A DNA stretch of 57,753 nt, filler included, from Catajapyx aquilonaris (GCA_000934665.2; 4 parts of 4 records of this genome joined end to end with filler, not necessarily neighbours in it), one strand, 5' to 3'. Shown: positions 25,280 to 39,117, counted from the whole stretch's first letter. Numbers and translations are program-made. The notes: a model not told the origin generated them from the letters alone.

Positions 25280-27203
25280 CAATGGCTTGAAGTTTTAGAT
25301 TATGCATGCCAATGACGTAAACGTGGAAGTTTTTTTTAGATACAGTGTACAACACATGGAATATTTTGTTCCTGATCCTGCATGCTATGTTAATATTATT
25401 GCAATTCATTTTTTGGTATTAGTCCAATCTTCCTGTGCTGGTAGTTTCAAATCCATCCCGTCCAGACACCATATTCGGGTTTCATTTGATCCGCCCTCGT
25501 AGCATACTGTAAATTTTAAGTGCTGTAATGCCTAGCATGATATGGTTACTTCATAAGAGTAAATCAATGACCGCCAGTAAGTGTATTTTAGGAAGAGTCA
25601 ATTGTTGTAATGCCAAATGAGATTGTTTTGAGACGTACAAAAATGTGTTGTACTATTCGGAATTGTTCATCTCTCTGTCAAGTTTGATAGTTTGATTTAG
25701 TAAAACAACTAGCTATATAAGTTATTTGTCTATTTTGAAGTATGCCTTTTTATGTGACTAGTTTCCCCAATGGGAAAAAAATTCTGCAAGGCACGAAGTA
25801 GTAATTATGTTACACTATGGAATATAGACAATGAAGGTTTGTCAATGTTATCCGTCATCATTGAATGCCATAAAAAAGTTAAGGATACAGGACTGTAACG
25901 TCTCAAATCCCCCTGGAGCCGTTGGAAAATTATTTTTAAAATACGTATAGTAACATTTTCGGCCCCGACCTTCACAACTCAGGTTCCAACTGACTGGAGG
26001 AAAAACTGGTCAATGAGATCATCCTATTCACTTCTGCGTCTAATATTGTAAGGTGCAATCTCCAGGTGAACATTATCAATCAAATGTGGATGGGATCCTA
26101 TATAAAATAAATTATTCTGCGCGATTTTGCTATCCCGCTGGACTCCTCCCTTTATCCTATTGGATCGTTTCATTATTCGAAGTGAGTAGAGCCATATGGT
26201 GGAATTTTCGTCGTACTAATTACTTACTATTAACTTAGCAGCACCAGTGTAATGCAATGGTACTGCTAAGTTAAAAGTAACTAGTAGTATGACGAAAATT
26301 CCGCACATATACTGTACCGGAACTCTACTGTACCTTAACAATAAATTCATTCATGTGCATTTATACACGTGCCATTGATAATTGCTAAATGCCCAAGTCC
26401 ATGTAAATCGCCGTCAGTAAATCACAGTTATGCCCATGGTGGTGGATCATGACCTCTTTCTTGTCCAGCAGGGCATATTCCGATTAATTTGACCATGATT
26501 TGACTGGGCTCAATGGCATACATCAGTGGTCAATATTATTAACAGACTTATGTTGACTTGATGAACCTCATTAAAATGGCTATTATACATGTTACTGTGC
26601 ACATACCGTTACATCTATAGGTGCAGGCGTGCAGCATGCTGCTTTCAGGATCGAGTCAGACCACCAGGTACAGGCACCTGGAGCCTCCTCCTTCCACGTC
26701 AAGGCCAGAACTGGTTGGGCTATGCAGACATCCGCCCATCCAGTAGTTTGAGAGAGGTCCATGGTCACGTGTCCAAGTGACTATTATTTTGGATGTCCCA
26801 GCAATATAACCTTCTCTGCATTCATACTATAATATTGCTACAGTTCCGATCCAATCCACCTATTTCAATATTCTACTTTTTCTTATAGGCAATCTGAGCA
26901 CATTTTACGAATCACGTGCATTATTTAACGGCCGCTCTTGATACGCATGACATTTTTTTCTGAATTTAATCAATTTGGCTGAATTATCTACTCAACATTT
27001 TGTATCAATTTGTCCGCATTAGAATAGTGCTATTGGCTCTGTTAATGTTATTGATTGATGTCGATAAGTATGTTAGAAAAAAATTTTCATACTTGAATGT
27101 ATCCTGTTAAATACCTACTACAATTTTATGTTGTCGTCCCCCGGTTATCTGGGGGTTTGTCTTCTACTGTTTCAGTTATCCACGTTTTCAATATTAAATA
27201 AAT
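25280..27203 (+). repeat. Local duplication, copy B
   Basis: Matches 16459-18257 and resumes after the Sola element at 28785. Confidence 0.9.
26197..26307. mobile_element. Small hairpin MITE
   Basis: ~110-bp palindrome flanked by TA, absent from copy A (gccatatactgt at ~17380). Confidence 0.8.
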
Positions 27204-28784
27204 GAAGGGGTCGGTGCAATACTGCCCTAACCCACCAAATGACACAAATTGAGTTTCGCGCACTTCCATACACTACACTCAAATATCTAATAATGTACAC
27301 TGAGATTGTCCAGTTTCTGCCATCTGTCGGTGAGAAATCAAACGATGTTTTCCTTGCTGCGAGTTTATGGATGCCTTTTCTGCAGCAATACCGCCCTATC
27401 CCGGTCTCGGGGGTGGTCTAGGGGCTCGTAGCATGGAATTTGCCGGAATTTACATTACATTATGAACACTAATCACCAATGGCATTGCAAATGATGTTTT
27501 CCATCACTTTCCTGTTGTGGGACATACGCAACTTCCCTGTGACAGGGATTTTGGCCGCATTGAGCTATTCTCTCGCAAACACATGCCGCTCATATACACT
27601 CCAGAAGAATGGGCTGAGTGCATACTTCAGTGTAACAGAAAGAAGAAGTTCGTGGTAACGAGGATGGACACCGCAGACTTCAAGAACATCGCTGAGATTG
27701 GGGCTGGAATCGGAAAGAAAACCAAAGCCAACGATGGCTCATCACTGAAGTTTTCTGAGGCCTCCGTTTTCCATCTGTCTTCAAAAAAGCCTTACGTGCT
27801 GGAGGTGGCCTACAATCATGGCTTTGACAATGCAGTCTACACACTCGTGAACATCAGGAAGCGAGGAAGGAGATCTAACGTTCCACATCCTTTTGAAGGC
27901 AATGAGAAATACGAAGTGGCATTCCCATAAACCACAAAAAATACGAAGACATACAGTTCCTGTTCCCGTGGATTCCACCAGTTCACCATTCTTTTTTAAT
28001 AGCCTCGAAGCCGACAATGATGGGGACGAAGATGAAATTCTTGATGTTTGATAATAACACAACATACTGTATTTTTTAATGCAAAGGCAGTTGAGAAACA
28101 ATACTTGAAATAATCTGATGATTATGGAGATAAATCTTGTCCTACAAGCAATAAAACTGTCAAAACATCAATAACACGGTGTTATTATTGTTTTATGGCA
28201 TGAACATACAGGGGCGGATCCAGACTTTCGATTGGGGGGGGGGGGGGNTTGAGGGTTCAAGGTCACACGAGCTTAGGTGAATGTGGGAGATTTGAATGGG
28301 TGTGGACAGTTGAAATTGGTAGCACTTTTCCAAAATATCTTAATTTGCAGATTAAATTTTAGAAAATATTTCACTTCCTACGGTTGGGGGGGGGGGGTCA
28401 TGACCCCCCAGCCCCCCTTGGATCCGCCCCTGTCAACATATGCTGAACGAACTGGAAAACCCAGGAATAGGGAGTAGGAAACTAACTAGCGAAGCTTGTG
28501 ATACTTTCCTGACCAAAATTTAGTTCGCATTACATTTGGGTGCAATACTGCCCTAAGCAATTTTTTCACACGCGGCCACCTTATTTTGTTCATTCTGAGA
28601 GTGGGTGGTGCATCATCATCATCATAATAGCACGTAAATGTTCCTTATTAGTGCCTTGTATATTGGGGTAGAAATGAAAATTGTCCCATGGAAAATGTGA
28701 TTTATGGGTCAACTCAAACTTTCAAATGCGTTTTTCTCGAAATCAGGTTTTGGAGGGTTAGGGCAGTATTGCACCGACCCCTTC
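27204..28784 (+). mobile_element. Internally deleted Sola1-like DNA transposon
   Basis: Perfect 30-bp TIR gaaggggtcggtgcaatactgccctaaccc, 4-bp AAAT TSD confirmed by empty site in copy A, transposase fragment GHTQLPCDRDFGRIE (27517-27930). Confidence 0.85.
28209..28432. mobile_element. hAT-like MITE nested in the Sola element
   Basis: TIRs caggggcggatcc / ggatccgcccctg; TSD tgaacata / tcaacata. Confidence 0.8.
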
Positions 28785-28881
28785 AAATATTAAATAAGAA
28801 AACAACAACAACAACAACAACAACATCACGACATTTCCCTATGAGGGGTAGTCAGCGATGAAGGGAGATGCAAGCTAACCC

Positions 28882-28981
28882 NNNNNNNNNNNNNNNNNNN
28901 NNNNNNNNNNNNNNNNNNNNNNNNNTTAATTAATTAANNNNNNNNNNNNNNNNNNNNNNNNNNNNNNNNNNNNNNNNNNNN
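28882..28981. other. Artificial contig linker
   Basis: N44-TTAATTAATTAA-N44. Confidence 0.97.
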
Positions 28982-30538
28982 ACCCATCTTGGAAAAATGG
29001 CGGCAAAAACAGTTCTTTTTGCTTTTTTTTTTTTGAACAGTTAATATTATCAAAATTTAAAATGGCGACAAGTTACCCGTCTTATCATGCTGAACGACTT
29101 CCCACAACATATCAAAATTAACACAGAATTTTAGCGAAACATTTTTTTTGAACAATCCTGCCTTGGTTGCGACTGAGTTCCTGGATTTTTCCTGTTTTCC
29201 CCTGTCAACCCTCCCCCCCTCCCCTGGCCCCCCTCCTTAACGCCACCAAAATTCTTCCTCCTCATAAGGGTTAGCTTCCAAACCCTTTTGAGGATTAAGC
29301 TTGTTGGGAAGTGGGGGTGGGGCATTTTGGCGGTGGGGTGGTGATGGAAAAATCCATTCTTTGGTTTTTCGAATATTTTTGCACTTTCCCGACATTTTCC
29401 CGACATTTTGTCATTTTCCTCGAAATCCCGACTTTTTCAAGGTCGGGAATAAGCAAATACGAATTCCCGACATTCTTAAGAGTTTCCCGACAGCGTGGGA
29501 ACCCTGTATCTAAGTGTCTAAGGTGTTGGTCTAAGCAGTTGCACTAAAAAAATTATTTGCCTGTTTTGTGCATGCCCAATTTCCTTATGGCAGTAAGGAA
29601 AGGGTTAAATATCATACTGAAATATTGCACTTGTACAAACTGTAATTTTAAAAACTGGTATCTGCAGGGTCGCTGAGAAAGGGGCAAAATCAGATACTAC
29701 CAATATCATGATTTGATATTTTATCTAATTCTTCCAAGTTGTTCTCCACAACACAAGGTCAGGTCGACCCATCTTAATCGCTTACAAGTGCACCTCAAAT
29801 AATTATGAAATTGTTACAGAATCTGCAAATTTACCAAGAGTCTGCATTTCATGAGTTAACCTTTAAGACGGACAGGAATTGTTCCCCGACACTGCAGTCG
29901 TTGGAGTATTAAACATTTAGACATGTTGTGACATCATATTTCCATAAGCAACAAAACACGTGAGAATAATAGGGTTGAAAAAGCAAACAGGTAATCCTGC
30001 AACCATGCTTGCAATAATTGTGACAACCCGAGATATGCAATAGTACACTACTGGTCCACAGGCCCATAACTCCTGTGGTGTGATGTGTAAATCAACTTAC
30101 ATGATTACATGTTAGTACATGATAAAAAATACATACTGCTCCCATGATCTCAGGGTTCTCCTCCCAACAAAAACAAGATTGGCAAATCACGTGAGTGTGA
30201 TTAGAGTAGACTTTTTCATGTTTACTGCTATTGTCCCCAACGTCAGTCATGCGACTGGGAGGTGGGAAAGGGTGATCATTCTGGGGGAGGGGTGGTGGGG
30301 GACTGGGAGGTCAGGGGGAAAGGGANNNNNNNNNNNNNNNNNNNNNNNNNNNNNNNNNNNNNNNNGGGGGGGAATGGGAGGTCAGGAGTAGGAGGTGGTG
30401 GGGGAGGGAGCAGCCAGGGGGCGCAAAAAAAAGTATTATAGCACGGCTCTGTCTGTCTAGCCCTTCTATAAGACTTTTTTCCCGAAAAAGTCTAAAATAG
30501 AAATGAAAGGAAGTGAAGAATATATCTTCAGGTCTCAC

Positions 30539-32502
30539 CCAAATTCTGCAAAAGACATGCCCTGCAGCATGTAAGATGGCAGCAGACACTTCTTCCCTCT
30601 CTGCCTTCTTGCATCGCTCAACCATGGCTTCTAGTACATTTTGGAGATAACAGAATCTGTCAGGCACATCTCTAAAGTCAGTGTAATACAGATTCCATGC
30701 CCACTCAGCATCCACAAGCCATGGCAGTTGATGAATAAGCAAACATGGCAAATCTGGCCAGTGTGCTAGTACCATCCAGGTCTTCTCTAGGCATTCTTCA
30801 TTACTTTCCATACCGGCAGCCATTTTGACCAGTAAAGGCCCTATCCCCTTTAATCTCTCTTCACATAATCCAATACCATGAATAAAACGGGGGCATGGGT
30901 GAGGCTGCAGAATTTCTGAGTCTTCTCCTGATGTATCATATCCCAATGCTTCAAGAATGTGCAAGAGTCCTATGAGGCGCACTTCTGGTTTTTCATGTTC
31001 AAGTAGAAGCAGAATTCTACTTGACAAGGCAGGTTCCTCAGCTCCATGCGAATCAATATGTATTAAAACCCTGGCTGCAGCCTGGAGGCAGAGGACGTGG
31101 ACAGAATCCAAGCATGGAGATTTCAATATGTCCATCAGTCGCGTTCGCAGGAATCTTGATATGCCACAATATCCTACTTCATTCAGTATGCAGGCGTATG
31201 TGTCAATAGTGATGGGACATAAGTGATCCCAAATCCAAATTGAGTTATTAACCCAAACTTTCAATTGAACAATGTCCTCTGATGTCAATGACACCTCTCT
31301 CAACAAATGCAATATTTGCAGCAATTTGCCATGAAGCCAGTTATGTCCCTTAGACACCCTTATCTCATTAACCAGATTGCATAGCATCATTATCATCCCC
31401 ATTTTATCCTCCACCAGTGGGACCAATGCTTTTGCAGCCAGTTCTCGAGTGTAAATTATTGCACTCTCTCCACACTTTGCAACCAGGGGGACAAAGGTTG
31501 AAAGTTGATGACCAGTGCCAGTAGTTGGATACAGCTTGGCCAAAAGCATCAATACTGGGTAAAGTCCTATCTGAGAGTGAATATGGCTGCTTCCAACTCC
31601 TGCTGCAACCACTAATTCCAACTCTTGCTTCAAAAAGTTGTGTAAAGTAGGGTATCTTTGAAAAAATAACTGGCCTGTCATGCAGTTCTTTTTTGATAAT
31701 TCATCTTTAGTGCGCTTGACACCAAATGATCGTGTGACCACTGCAGCATATAATAGTGTGGCTGAGTTGCGCACAGACCATGTGTGGCCCTTGAACCCAC
31801 ATATAGCAACCTGTAAACCTTGTGCTACATATGGAGCAAGGGGTTCTCCCAACCGTGCATCACGAAACAAAGCTCTAAGTACATTCATTGCATGAATGCG
31901 TGGATTAGTTTCATCTGAATTGCATATATCCAATAGGCATGTGACGGTGCTTTGCAAAGACTGAATACTCTGAACATCCAATTCAGCTGACACAAGTGCT
32001 TGCACCATGTATGGTACCCCAGCACTACGTCGTGTCGTACAAACAGCAGTGGATTTTGAGCCCCGACCACGTATGCTCGCCATCAAGTCAGACAACCATA
32101 CATATGGCAATTTATGTAAGGAAGCCAATGTTGATCTCCACAACATGCTGCATAGGCGAGAAAAACCTACGTATGCCTGCTCAAATGCACCCCTATGTTT
32201 AGTCTCTGCTGTCAAACGCATGAAGTGCTTCCCAATTCTTGTTATTTGATCTGTTGTTAAAAGGTAACTTGCATCCAAATCTGTCTCGGTTACAGGCATG
32301 TTGAAACAGAAGTCGCCTAAGAGCAGGCACACTTCCTTCATGGTTCTCCAGCTGCATAAAAGCAGCATTTGTGCAGTGACGCAATGGAAATGTGCATTCT
32401 CATTAACACTCGTGGATGCCATATCTAGAGGTTGGTCTTCAGATCCCAAATGCATGCTACCACTTGAGTTGCACATCATCTTCTGGACCAATTCAGCAAC
32501 AT
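30539..32502 (-). CDS. THADA: THADA (Trm732-like) large exon, DUF2428 region
   Basis: LLLCSWRTMKEV, KHRGAFEQAY, TRRSAGVPY, RIHAMNVLRALF, WSVRNSATLL; ttttcag acceptor (phase 1), gtgaga donor; downstream exons not identified. Confidence 0.92.
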
Positions 32503-33496
32503 CTGAAAAGACGAGCCATTTTTAAATATGTGGTGGTGTACAACTCCTGGCAAGCAGGTGAATGACTTATATAGACATAATTCTTAAATATATGTCGAAC
32601 AGAAATATATGCTAAACTCAAATTGCTAATTTTAAAGACGCATTTAAAAATTAATAGCAGAACTCATCTCCCACATGTCACATGGAGTGAACTTGACTGC
32701 ACGTGATACCCCCTTCCACTGATCCTATCAACGCATTACCGTATATGTAAATGATGGTTCTTGAATTTTATGAAATTGAAATTTTTTTGAATGCCAAAAG
32801 GCCATAGGAGTTACATGAAATGTTCCATATTTTAATCTTCATTTTTACGGCATACTACAAGAAGTCCAGTTTTTAGAGGTGCATCATGTTTAAAAGTGAC
32901 ACTAATGAAATCAATTATTGGGCAATGCAATGCCCATGCACACACACACACACACACACACACACAGTGCTGCAGATAGTCCTTAAAATGAGATTATACA
33001 ATGTGAATCTTTCCATTTTCTTTGAATGCTTTTTTTTCTAAGCAAGATGCAACTCTAGGCCTCATTAAAAATTGCTACAGAAATGAAAAAAAACCTTCTG
33101 CTACTTCCAAACTCTTCCTGCAGCCCTTTGAAGGCGCAATATTTCGAGCCCTATATCTCAGTTGATTGTTACTCATTTGCAATTTTTGATTTACGTTATC
33201 TCATTCACACTACTATGTGCACTGCTGTATTTACATATGGCAAAGGGACCAGTCAGAAAGACCTGGAGGGGAGAGGTCCTTTTCGGAATACCTGGCTCTC
33301 CTGCTATATAATTTGAAAAGTGATCCATGGGTAGGCTACATTAGGCTTTTTGCAAATATCAGTATTTTTGTAACTGGCCTTATTTGTAACCACGTAGGCC
33401 TATGGTTTGTTGGTCCATTTTCACCCAAATGAACTCTGCATTTTTCATCATAATCTGGCACACACAAATACTGACGCAGACCAAAATGTTCATTAA

Positions 33497-34437
33497 CCCT
33501 TTGTCTTCCTCTCGATAATGCACTCTTTGGGTGGGGGTTTAAAAAGAGCGCCCTAGCTGAAAATCACTGGATCTGGCACCATTGGTTTTGCTCTCCATTC
33601 ATGCACAAGAAGGGGCTGAACATTGCGAGACATCCCAACCTACGTTGCATATCGAAAGAGGGCATCAACTGCCTCATATACTATGCACAAGATGGTGACG
33701 TCACCCTATTGCGACATCGACGCAGGTTTTTTAACGCAGATTTCATCCCTCTAAAAAACCCAAGATAATTCTATATGATTGTCCAGTCTCTCTGATGAAT
33801 CATGAAAACATTAAGTGTCTGTTTAGAAAATGTTAAAGGACCAGCTTAAAAGGAAGTAATGTGATCGCCAGGTGCACAAAAAAGGCGGCTCAGGTGGCAA
33901 GCAGGCAACACCCAGAGCTGAGAGCAGTCCACAAGGCCAATTAGGAGCCAGGACACTTTTAACGATCGTAATGGCGACGGGGGAGATAGCCTACCGTTCA
34001 CAGATAGTTCTGATTTTTTCCCTGGCGAAAAGTAAGTCGCAGAATTTTGGGAATTGTTTTATGGTTTCAGCTGCACGTCCACTTACCGGGAAATATGCTG
34101 CAGGGAGCTGTGTGTATTTAAATTTGTGCAGTAAGTGTTTGTTTCGGTTTGTTTACAATGAATGAGACCTATGACCTATGATGTCGTGCCATTAAAAATA
34201 TCGCTAGAGGGGCGTAAATACTCATTAACATAGAAAATCTGAACATTTTCTAAGGCCATGGTGAAAGAAATTTCCGTCAGGGTTATACCAGTGGATTTTT
34301 TTAAATATATAATTTGTTTGGTTGTACTACAATTGGCCGCGGGACACTAAGGGTTAATCAGGCCGTGGGACACTAAGGGGGGACACTAAGGTGGGACACT
34401 AAGGGACACTAAGGGACGTGGGACACTAAGGGTTAAT
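33497..34437. mobile_element. piggyBac-like non-autonomous element with reiterated right end
   Basis: TTAA-ccctttgtc...gacactaaggg-TTAA; terminal motif repeated in 34341-34437. Confidence 0.6.
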
Positions 34438-34517
34438 CAGTATGTTGCGTATTTAAAAGTAACAAATATTGTACCACAATCATGTGCATTGCAAATATTG
34501 CACTGCACTCTTATCAC

Positions 34518-34654
34518 CTGAATCAAAGTCCATTGGTAAGTGACCCTCAGGTGAACTACTGCTCACAACAGGGCTCACAACATCAGTCAAGTCGTAACAG
34601 AGCAATACAAGGGACGCAATAAGTTTCCTCCACTGCGGACTCTCAGATATCAAA
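34518..34654 (-). CDS. THADA: THADA exon
   Basis: LISESPQWRKLIA...VSPVVSSSSPEGHLPMD; AG/GT, phase 2 to 1. Confidence 0.88.
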
Positions 34655-34719
34655 CTGGGGGGAAAAAAAGTTGGTATAAATTTCGCCAGCTAAAGAGAAA
34701 GAGAACTTCCAGTTCATAC

Positions 34720-34887
34720 CTTAAGTTTACATCACCTACAAGCATCCGAATGCAAAGTGTAAGGCCATACATGGGCTTTTCGGCTGCAGCTTCAATTATG
34801 TTCCTGCGTGCTGTTTCTAGCTCTCCACCAAGATTCTTGTAGAGCAGCTGAAGTGTGTAGTAGTAATTAGCCTCAGGAACTTGCTCC
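34720..34887 (-). CDS. THADA: THADA exon
   Basis: EQVPEANY...AAAEKPMYGLTLCIR; AG/GT, phase 2 to 2. Confidence 0.82.
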
Positions 34888-34970
34888 CTGCAAAGCATTA
34901 CATCTGTGACTGCTATGTGGTATTGTGGTAAGAAAGATCCTTTGAGCGTAAAAAAACACACACACATAAC

Positions 34971-35456
34971 AATGTGTGTAATACCAGGTGTACCAAAAGT
35001 TGCTGTGCAGTAAAGTACCACTTAGCACACTGCATTTCTTCCTGCAGCAGGTGTTGGAAATGTCCTCTGCAGGCCTGAAGACATATCTGGATTTGTTTGC
35101 AGTGCACCACACAGATAATATTCCCCAGAAGTCAGATTCCATGCGAGATTATGAGACCCTACACTTTGATCTTAGACACTGGCAAAAAATGTTATCCAAG
35201 AACCGGAATGTACTGAAGAAGCCTGATTCCAGCGTGATGGTGCAACTGCACACTAAGCTTCTTCATCACTCTAGTTCTAGGAGGACATCTTTACCTGATC
35301 TGACTCCTCAGGGAATATTACGTGTCAGGTGCACTGAAAATGTGTCCAGGTATGTCTTCAGGTCTGCGGGGGATACTCCTAAAATTTACTGTAAGAACTG
35401 CAATGTGGTAAGTGGTACTTTACTGCACTTTCGGACAGTATCTCATGTGCACATTT
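34971..35456. repeat. Degenerate inverted repeat (old MITE) in THADA intron
   Basis: gcagtaaagtaccactta...gtgcac mirrored by gtgcac...taagtggtactttactgc. Confidence 0.6.
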
Positions 35457-36063
35457 AATTTTTGGGACATCCTGTACCATACCTGTGGAGAAACTGTGCA
35501 GATGTTATCGACAACAATATTTTTGCACTGCCTGGAATATTCACCACTAATCATTGTGCTTACAATTACAGGATCTGTACTTATTTGTCAAATCCAGCAC
35601 ACAAAGCATCAAATATAGCAAATGTCAGTGTCACATGTGTCTTTAAGCATTTTTAAGGTGTAGTTTTATTCATATTGCTGATGACAATATCTTGGGCATC
35701 TTGTGTGACCACTGATGACAGAAAAACATAACACATTACATATACAGCGGCCGTACCAAAATGATTTGCCATTAATTTTTTTGCCAAAAATACAGGGCCC
35801 ATGCAGGTCGTCAAATAGACACACTTTATCAATAGAACCCTCCTGGAGCGGGATGTACAGGAGTCATGGGTGTGGGAACCTCTCCAGACCCCCCAGGAAC
35901 TACTTTTTGTATGTGGAACGCACACACAACAGGACAACTGCTCACAGTCAGCAACTATCAACAATGTCCTCAAAATGGTGTTGGTGAAGGGATTTTTTCA
36001 TGGAACTTGCTTTGAGTACTTCTACACCCACTGTACTCCCCTGGCCTGGCCTCCAGTGACTTT

Positions 36064-36297
36064 GTTTGTTTGTTTGTTTGTAATACCCCATGATAGGGCC
36101 AGGGGTCCTACTGGGGGTGGGGGGGGGGGGGGNGGCCCTGGGCAGAGAAGGGAGTGCAATTCTGCCCAGACATGCTGGGTGAAAAGCGGAACAAGGCCCG
36201 ACCAAGCGAAGGTAACTGCCTGACGTGGACAGGATTTGAACCCTGGACCTCCCGCTTGGCTGGCCAGTAGAATAGCCACTAGACCACCCTGCCCCCC
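36064..36297 (-). mobile_element. tRNA-derived SINE with (AAAC)n tail
   Basis: A/B boxes (tggtctagtgg, ggttcaaatcc); 15-bp TSD gcctccagtgacttt. Confidence 0.85.
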
Positions 36298-36774
36298 GCC
36301 TCCAGTGACTTTAGGCCATTTCACAAAAAAAAAAAAAAACGCGCGGCATATTTATTATTTATATTTATTATTGCCAACAATTAATAGCCTAATAATTGGC
36401 GGGGCAGGCGTTTGCCGCTTGACGCTGCCGCAAAATCTTTTTGTGTTTTGGCCTTTTCATCTGTTCGAATAAAATTAAAAAGTCCCTTCACCGATGCCAT
36501 TTCGATGACATTGTTGCCTGTGAAGAGTTCTCCGGGAGTTGGTGAGCTGCACCACCAAAATGTGGTTCCTGGAGGGCCTGGAGAGATTGACACACCCGAG
36601 GTGCCAGTGCATTCGGCTCCAGGAGGATTCTATCTATATAAAATGTGCCTATTTTCCAACCTGCATGGGCGCTGTGTCTGTGGCAAAAAAACATTTTGGT
36701 ACCATCCTCGTACATTGAGTGAACATAGCAGTTTTTGAAATGTAACTCTTACACACACTGAAGACTTTCTGTAC

Positions 36775-36932
36775 CTTGACTGCAAATGCAGCATATCCAA
36801 CAAGACAATTTCAATCGTAGGTAAGGTCACAAGGTACTTCAAGAGAAAAGCTGCAGTTCCAGAGTCATGTGGGTGTGCATTGGATGCCAGCTGGAGAGAA
36901 ACTTCCAGCAGTGATTTGACTCTATTACAATC
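36775..36932 (-). CDS. THADA: THADA exon
   Basis: DCNRVKSLLEVSLQLASNAHPHDSGTAAFLL; AG/GT, phase 0 to 2. Confidence 0.82.
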
Positions 36933-36988
36933 CTGAAAAATGAAACAAATGTGATATTTGCGCACTCATTTCATATCAAAACTCTCAC

Positions 36989-37366
36989 ATCAAATCCCAG
37001 CAGGGTGGTGTCAAACTCTCTCAAGAGAGTGAGAGCTTCCATCTTGTAATTCTCATATGAATCACTAAGGGATTCCAAAAGAATCTGCCCATTTGAGAGT
37101 GTCAGAATGGGGGCTAAGTCCAGGGGTTTGGTAGCTCTTAACCCAAACTCTGTATGGATCAGTGTCAGGATGTTAAGGGCAAAACCTCTCCTGGAAAAAA
37201 TAGCTCCGGGACACAGCGACTCAAACTGCGTCTTGCACAACCAGAGTACAAAGCGAGTGTAATAGTGAACAGGGTCAGGTTCTAGGGGAGTTTCTATATT
37301 CCTCTTCTGGAACTGCTCTTGCCTTTTGCAGTGAGCCATAATGCTCTCTTTCATCCTAGTGAATAG
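36989..37366 (-). CDS. THADA: THADA exon
   Basis: LFTRMKES...LCPGAIFSRRGFAL...LSDSYENYK; phase 0 to 0, flanked by 59- and 56-nt introns. Confidence 0.85.
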
Positions 37367-37425
37367 CTGTGGGGGGAAAAGGAACTCATGTTCACAAGCT
37401 TCATGTAAGTTTGGAGATAACTCAC

Positions 37426-37581
37426 CCGCTTCAATATAGCCAGCAGAAAGTGCCTAAAAGCAGCATTTTGCCCAGTCAAACTATATGGCAGGTAATTCTG
37501 AACAAGTTCCAATTCATCCAAGGTAAACAGCTCAGTTGACTTTTGAGAGTCAACAATGAGAGCAAAAGCAGCCCCTCTCAC
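37426..37581 (-). CDS. THADA: THADA exon
   Basis: VRGAAFALIVDSQKSTE...QNAAFRH; phase 0 to 0. Confidence 0.85.
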
Positions 37582-38093
37582 CTAGAAGACAGGAAATTTA
37601 TGACAGAGTATATCATGTTCGTATTTTTAGATAATCCCTACTAAATTTTAAACATGGGAGATTTTTTGTAATTAATTTCAACACAGTCTTTGGGTTTGTG
37701 TGGCCTCTCAGGATCATTATTAAAATTTCCGTCATGATAAGTAACAGAAATGTAGTGGTAGCAATATTTACCAGACCCCACAGAAATTCAGTCCAAGGTA
37801 TAATCGTATTTATTTCTGTTATTAACTGTTAAATTAACTTCAACTTTGGTATCCTCCTAACTCTTGTTACTATTCAAAATTATCCATTTGAAAAGTCCAT
37901 ATAATCTTAATGAAGACTTTTTAAATCACCTTTTGTTCACTACCCCACCAATCGACTTTATTTGGGGTGAAGGTAGTATTTTTATTTTGGGAAAGTAATT
38001 GCATGCAATAACATGGGTAATAAGGATGTAGTACCCTTTTAAACACTTCAAATACAGACTTAGTGAGGGTCAAGAAGAGTAAAATAAACTCAC

Positions 38094-38447
38094 CTCATCA
38101 TCACAATGAGTAAGTGCTTGAACCAAAACATTCTTTTTCACTATCCCTTTCCATGTTTCTGGACTACAATTAACATCTTCCTTCACAAGTCCATTTTTCC
38201 GTGCCAACTTGAGGCAAGTGACAATGGTCTTCATATTGGCCTGGGGGCTGTCCTCACACCAGGTAGAAAGCACGAATTCAGTGGCACCTGGAACTTGTTT
38301 CATGGCCTGAACCACAACACCTTCCAAGTGACGTTCAAGGCCTTTTGACATTTTATTCAGAAGTGGTTCAAGCCACCTTTGCTGCCACTCATCTTGCTCA
38401 CTCTCTTTGTGGTGGTTTATCATCAGATGTAGGTAAGCATCAGCAAC
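38094..38447 (-). CDS. THADA: THADA exon
   Basis: VADAYLHL...QALTHCDDE; phase 0 to 0. Confidence 0.82.
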
Positions 38448-38619
38448 CTTCAAAGAAAATACTATCATTAATTCCTTACACATACAGTCAAGTCCAAATC
38501 ATCGCCAGTCGCTCTCTCTATGGATTCCATTTTTTGGTTCTCCACTTTTCTGGAGAGGGAGAGTGTGATGTGACAGGTAAGAATTCAAGCCAAATGGATG
38601 GCCAAAAAAAGTGTCTTAC

Positions 38620-38801
38620 ATGAGATGCCATGGTTGGATCTTCCACTACATCAAGCAGGTCCTTTGCAAGTGAAGGTTGTAACTTTAGGAAACTTGATGC
38701 TCCAAATGCTTCTGAAAGGCTTGACATCACAATATACTTGGCTTTTCTATGCAGAGGCATTTGCAGCAGGTGGTGAGCCAGCTCTTCAATTAACACACAA
38801 T
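38620..38801 (-). CDS. THADA: THADA exon
   Basis: CVLIEELAHHLLQMPLHRKAKY; phase 1 to 0. Confidence 0.82.
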
Positions 38802-39117
38802 CTGAAATTCACATTTCCAGTGGGTTAAATTACTCTTAACAAAAACTATCACACATGGAAATGGTAAGACTGTCATGGAAGCAATGTCCATGCACAAGGA
38901 TATAAATGCACCTCTCTGATCCCAAATGATTGATCGGCTGCTGCTAACTGTACTTTCAAATACAAAAGCTGAGAGGTGACATTTTTCGCACTTCCACTGT
39001 ATTATTTCACCATTTTGTGGGATGGGGGAAAGAAGAGATACAAGTGGTGGGTAATGGGATGTGTTTGTTGAAAAGTGGAGAAGTGTAAAAATCCATTTCT
39101 GGCTACATGAACATTAC

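Noticed and set aside
30311..30538. C-terminal extension of the 726-aa THADA ORF
   Set aside because: Read-through past a gtgaga donor into intron and an N gap
34988..35458. 156-aa plus-strand ORF
   Set aside because: Lies within a degenerate palindromic repeat in a THADA intron; no protein motif
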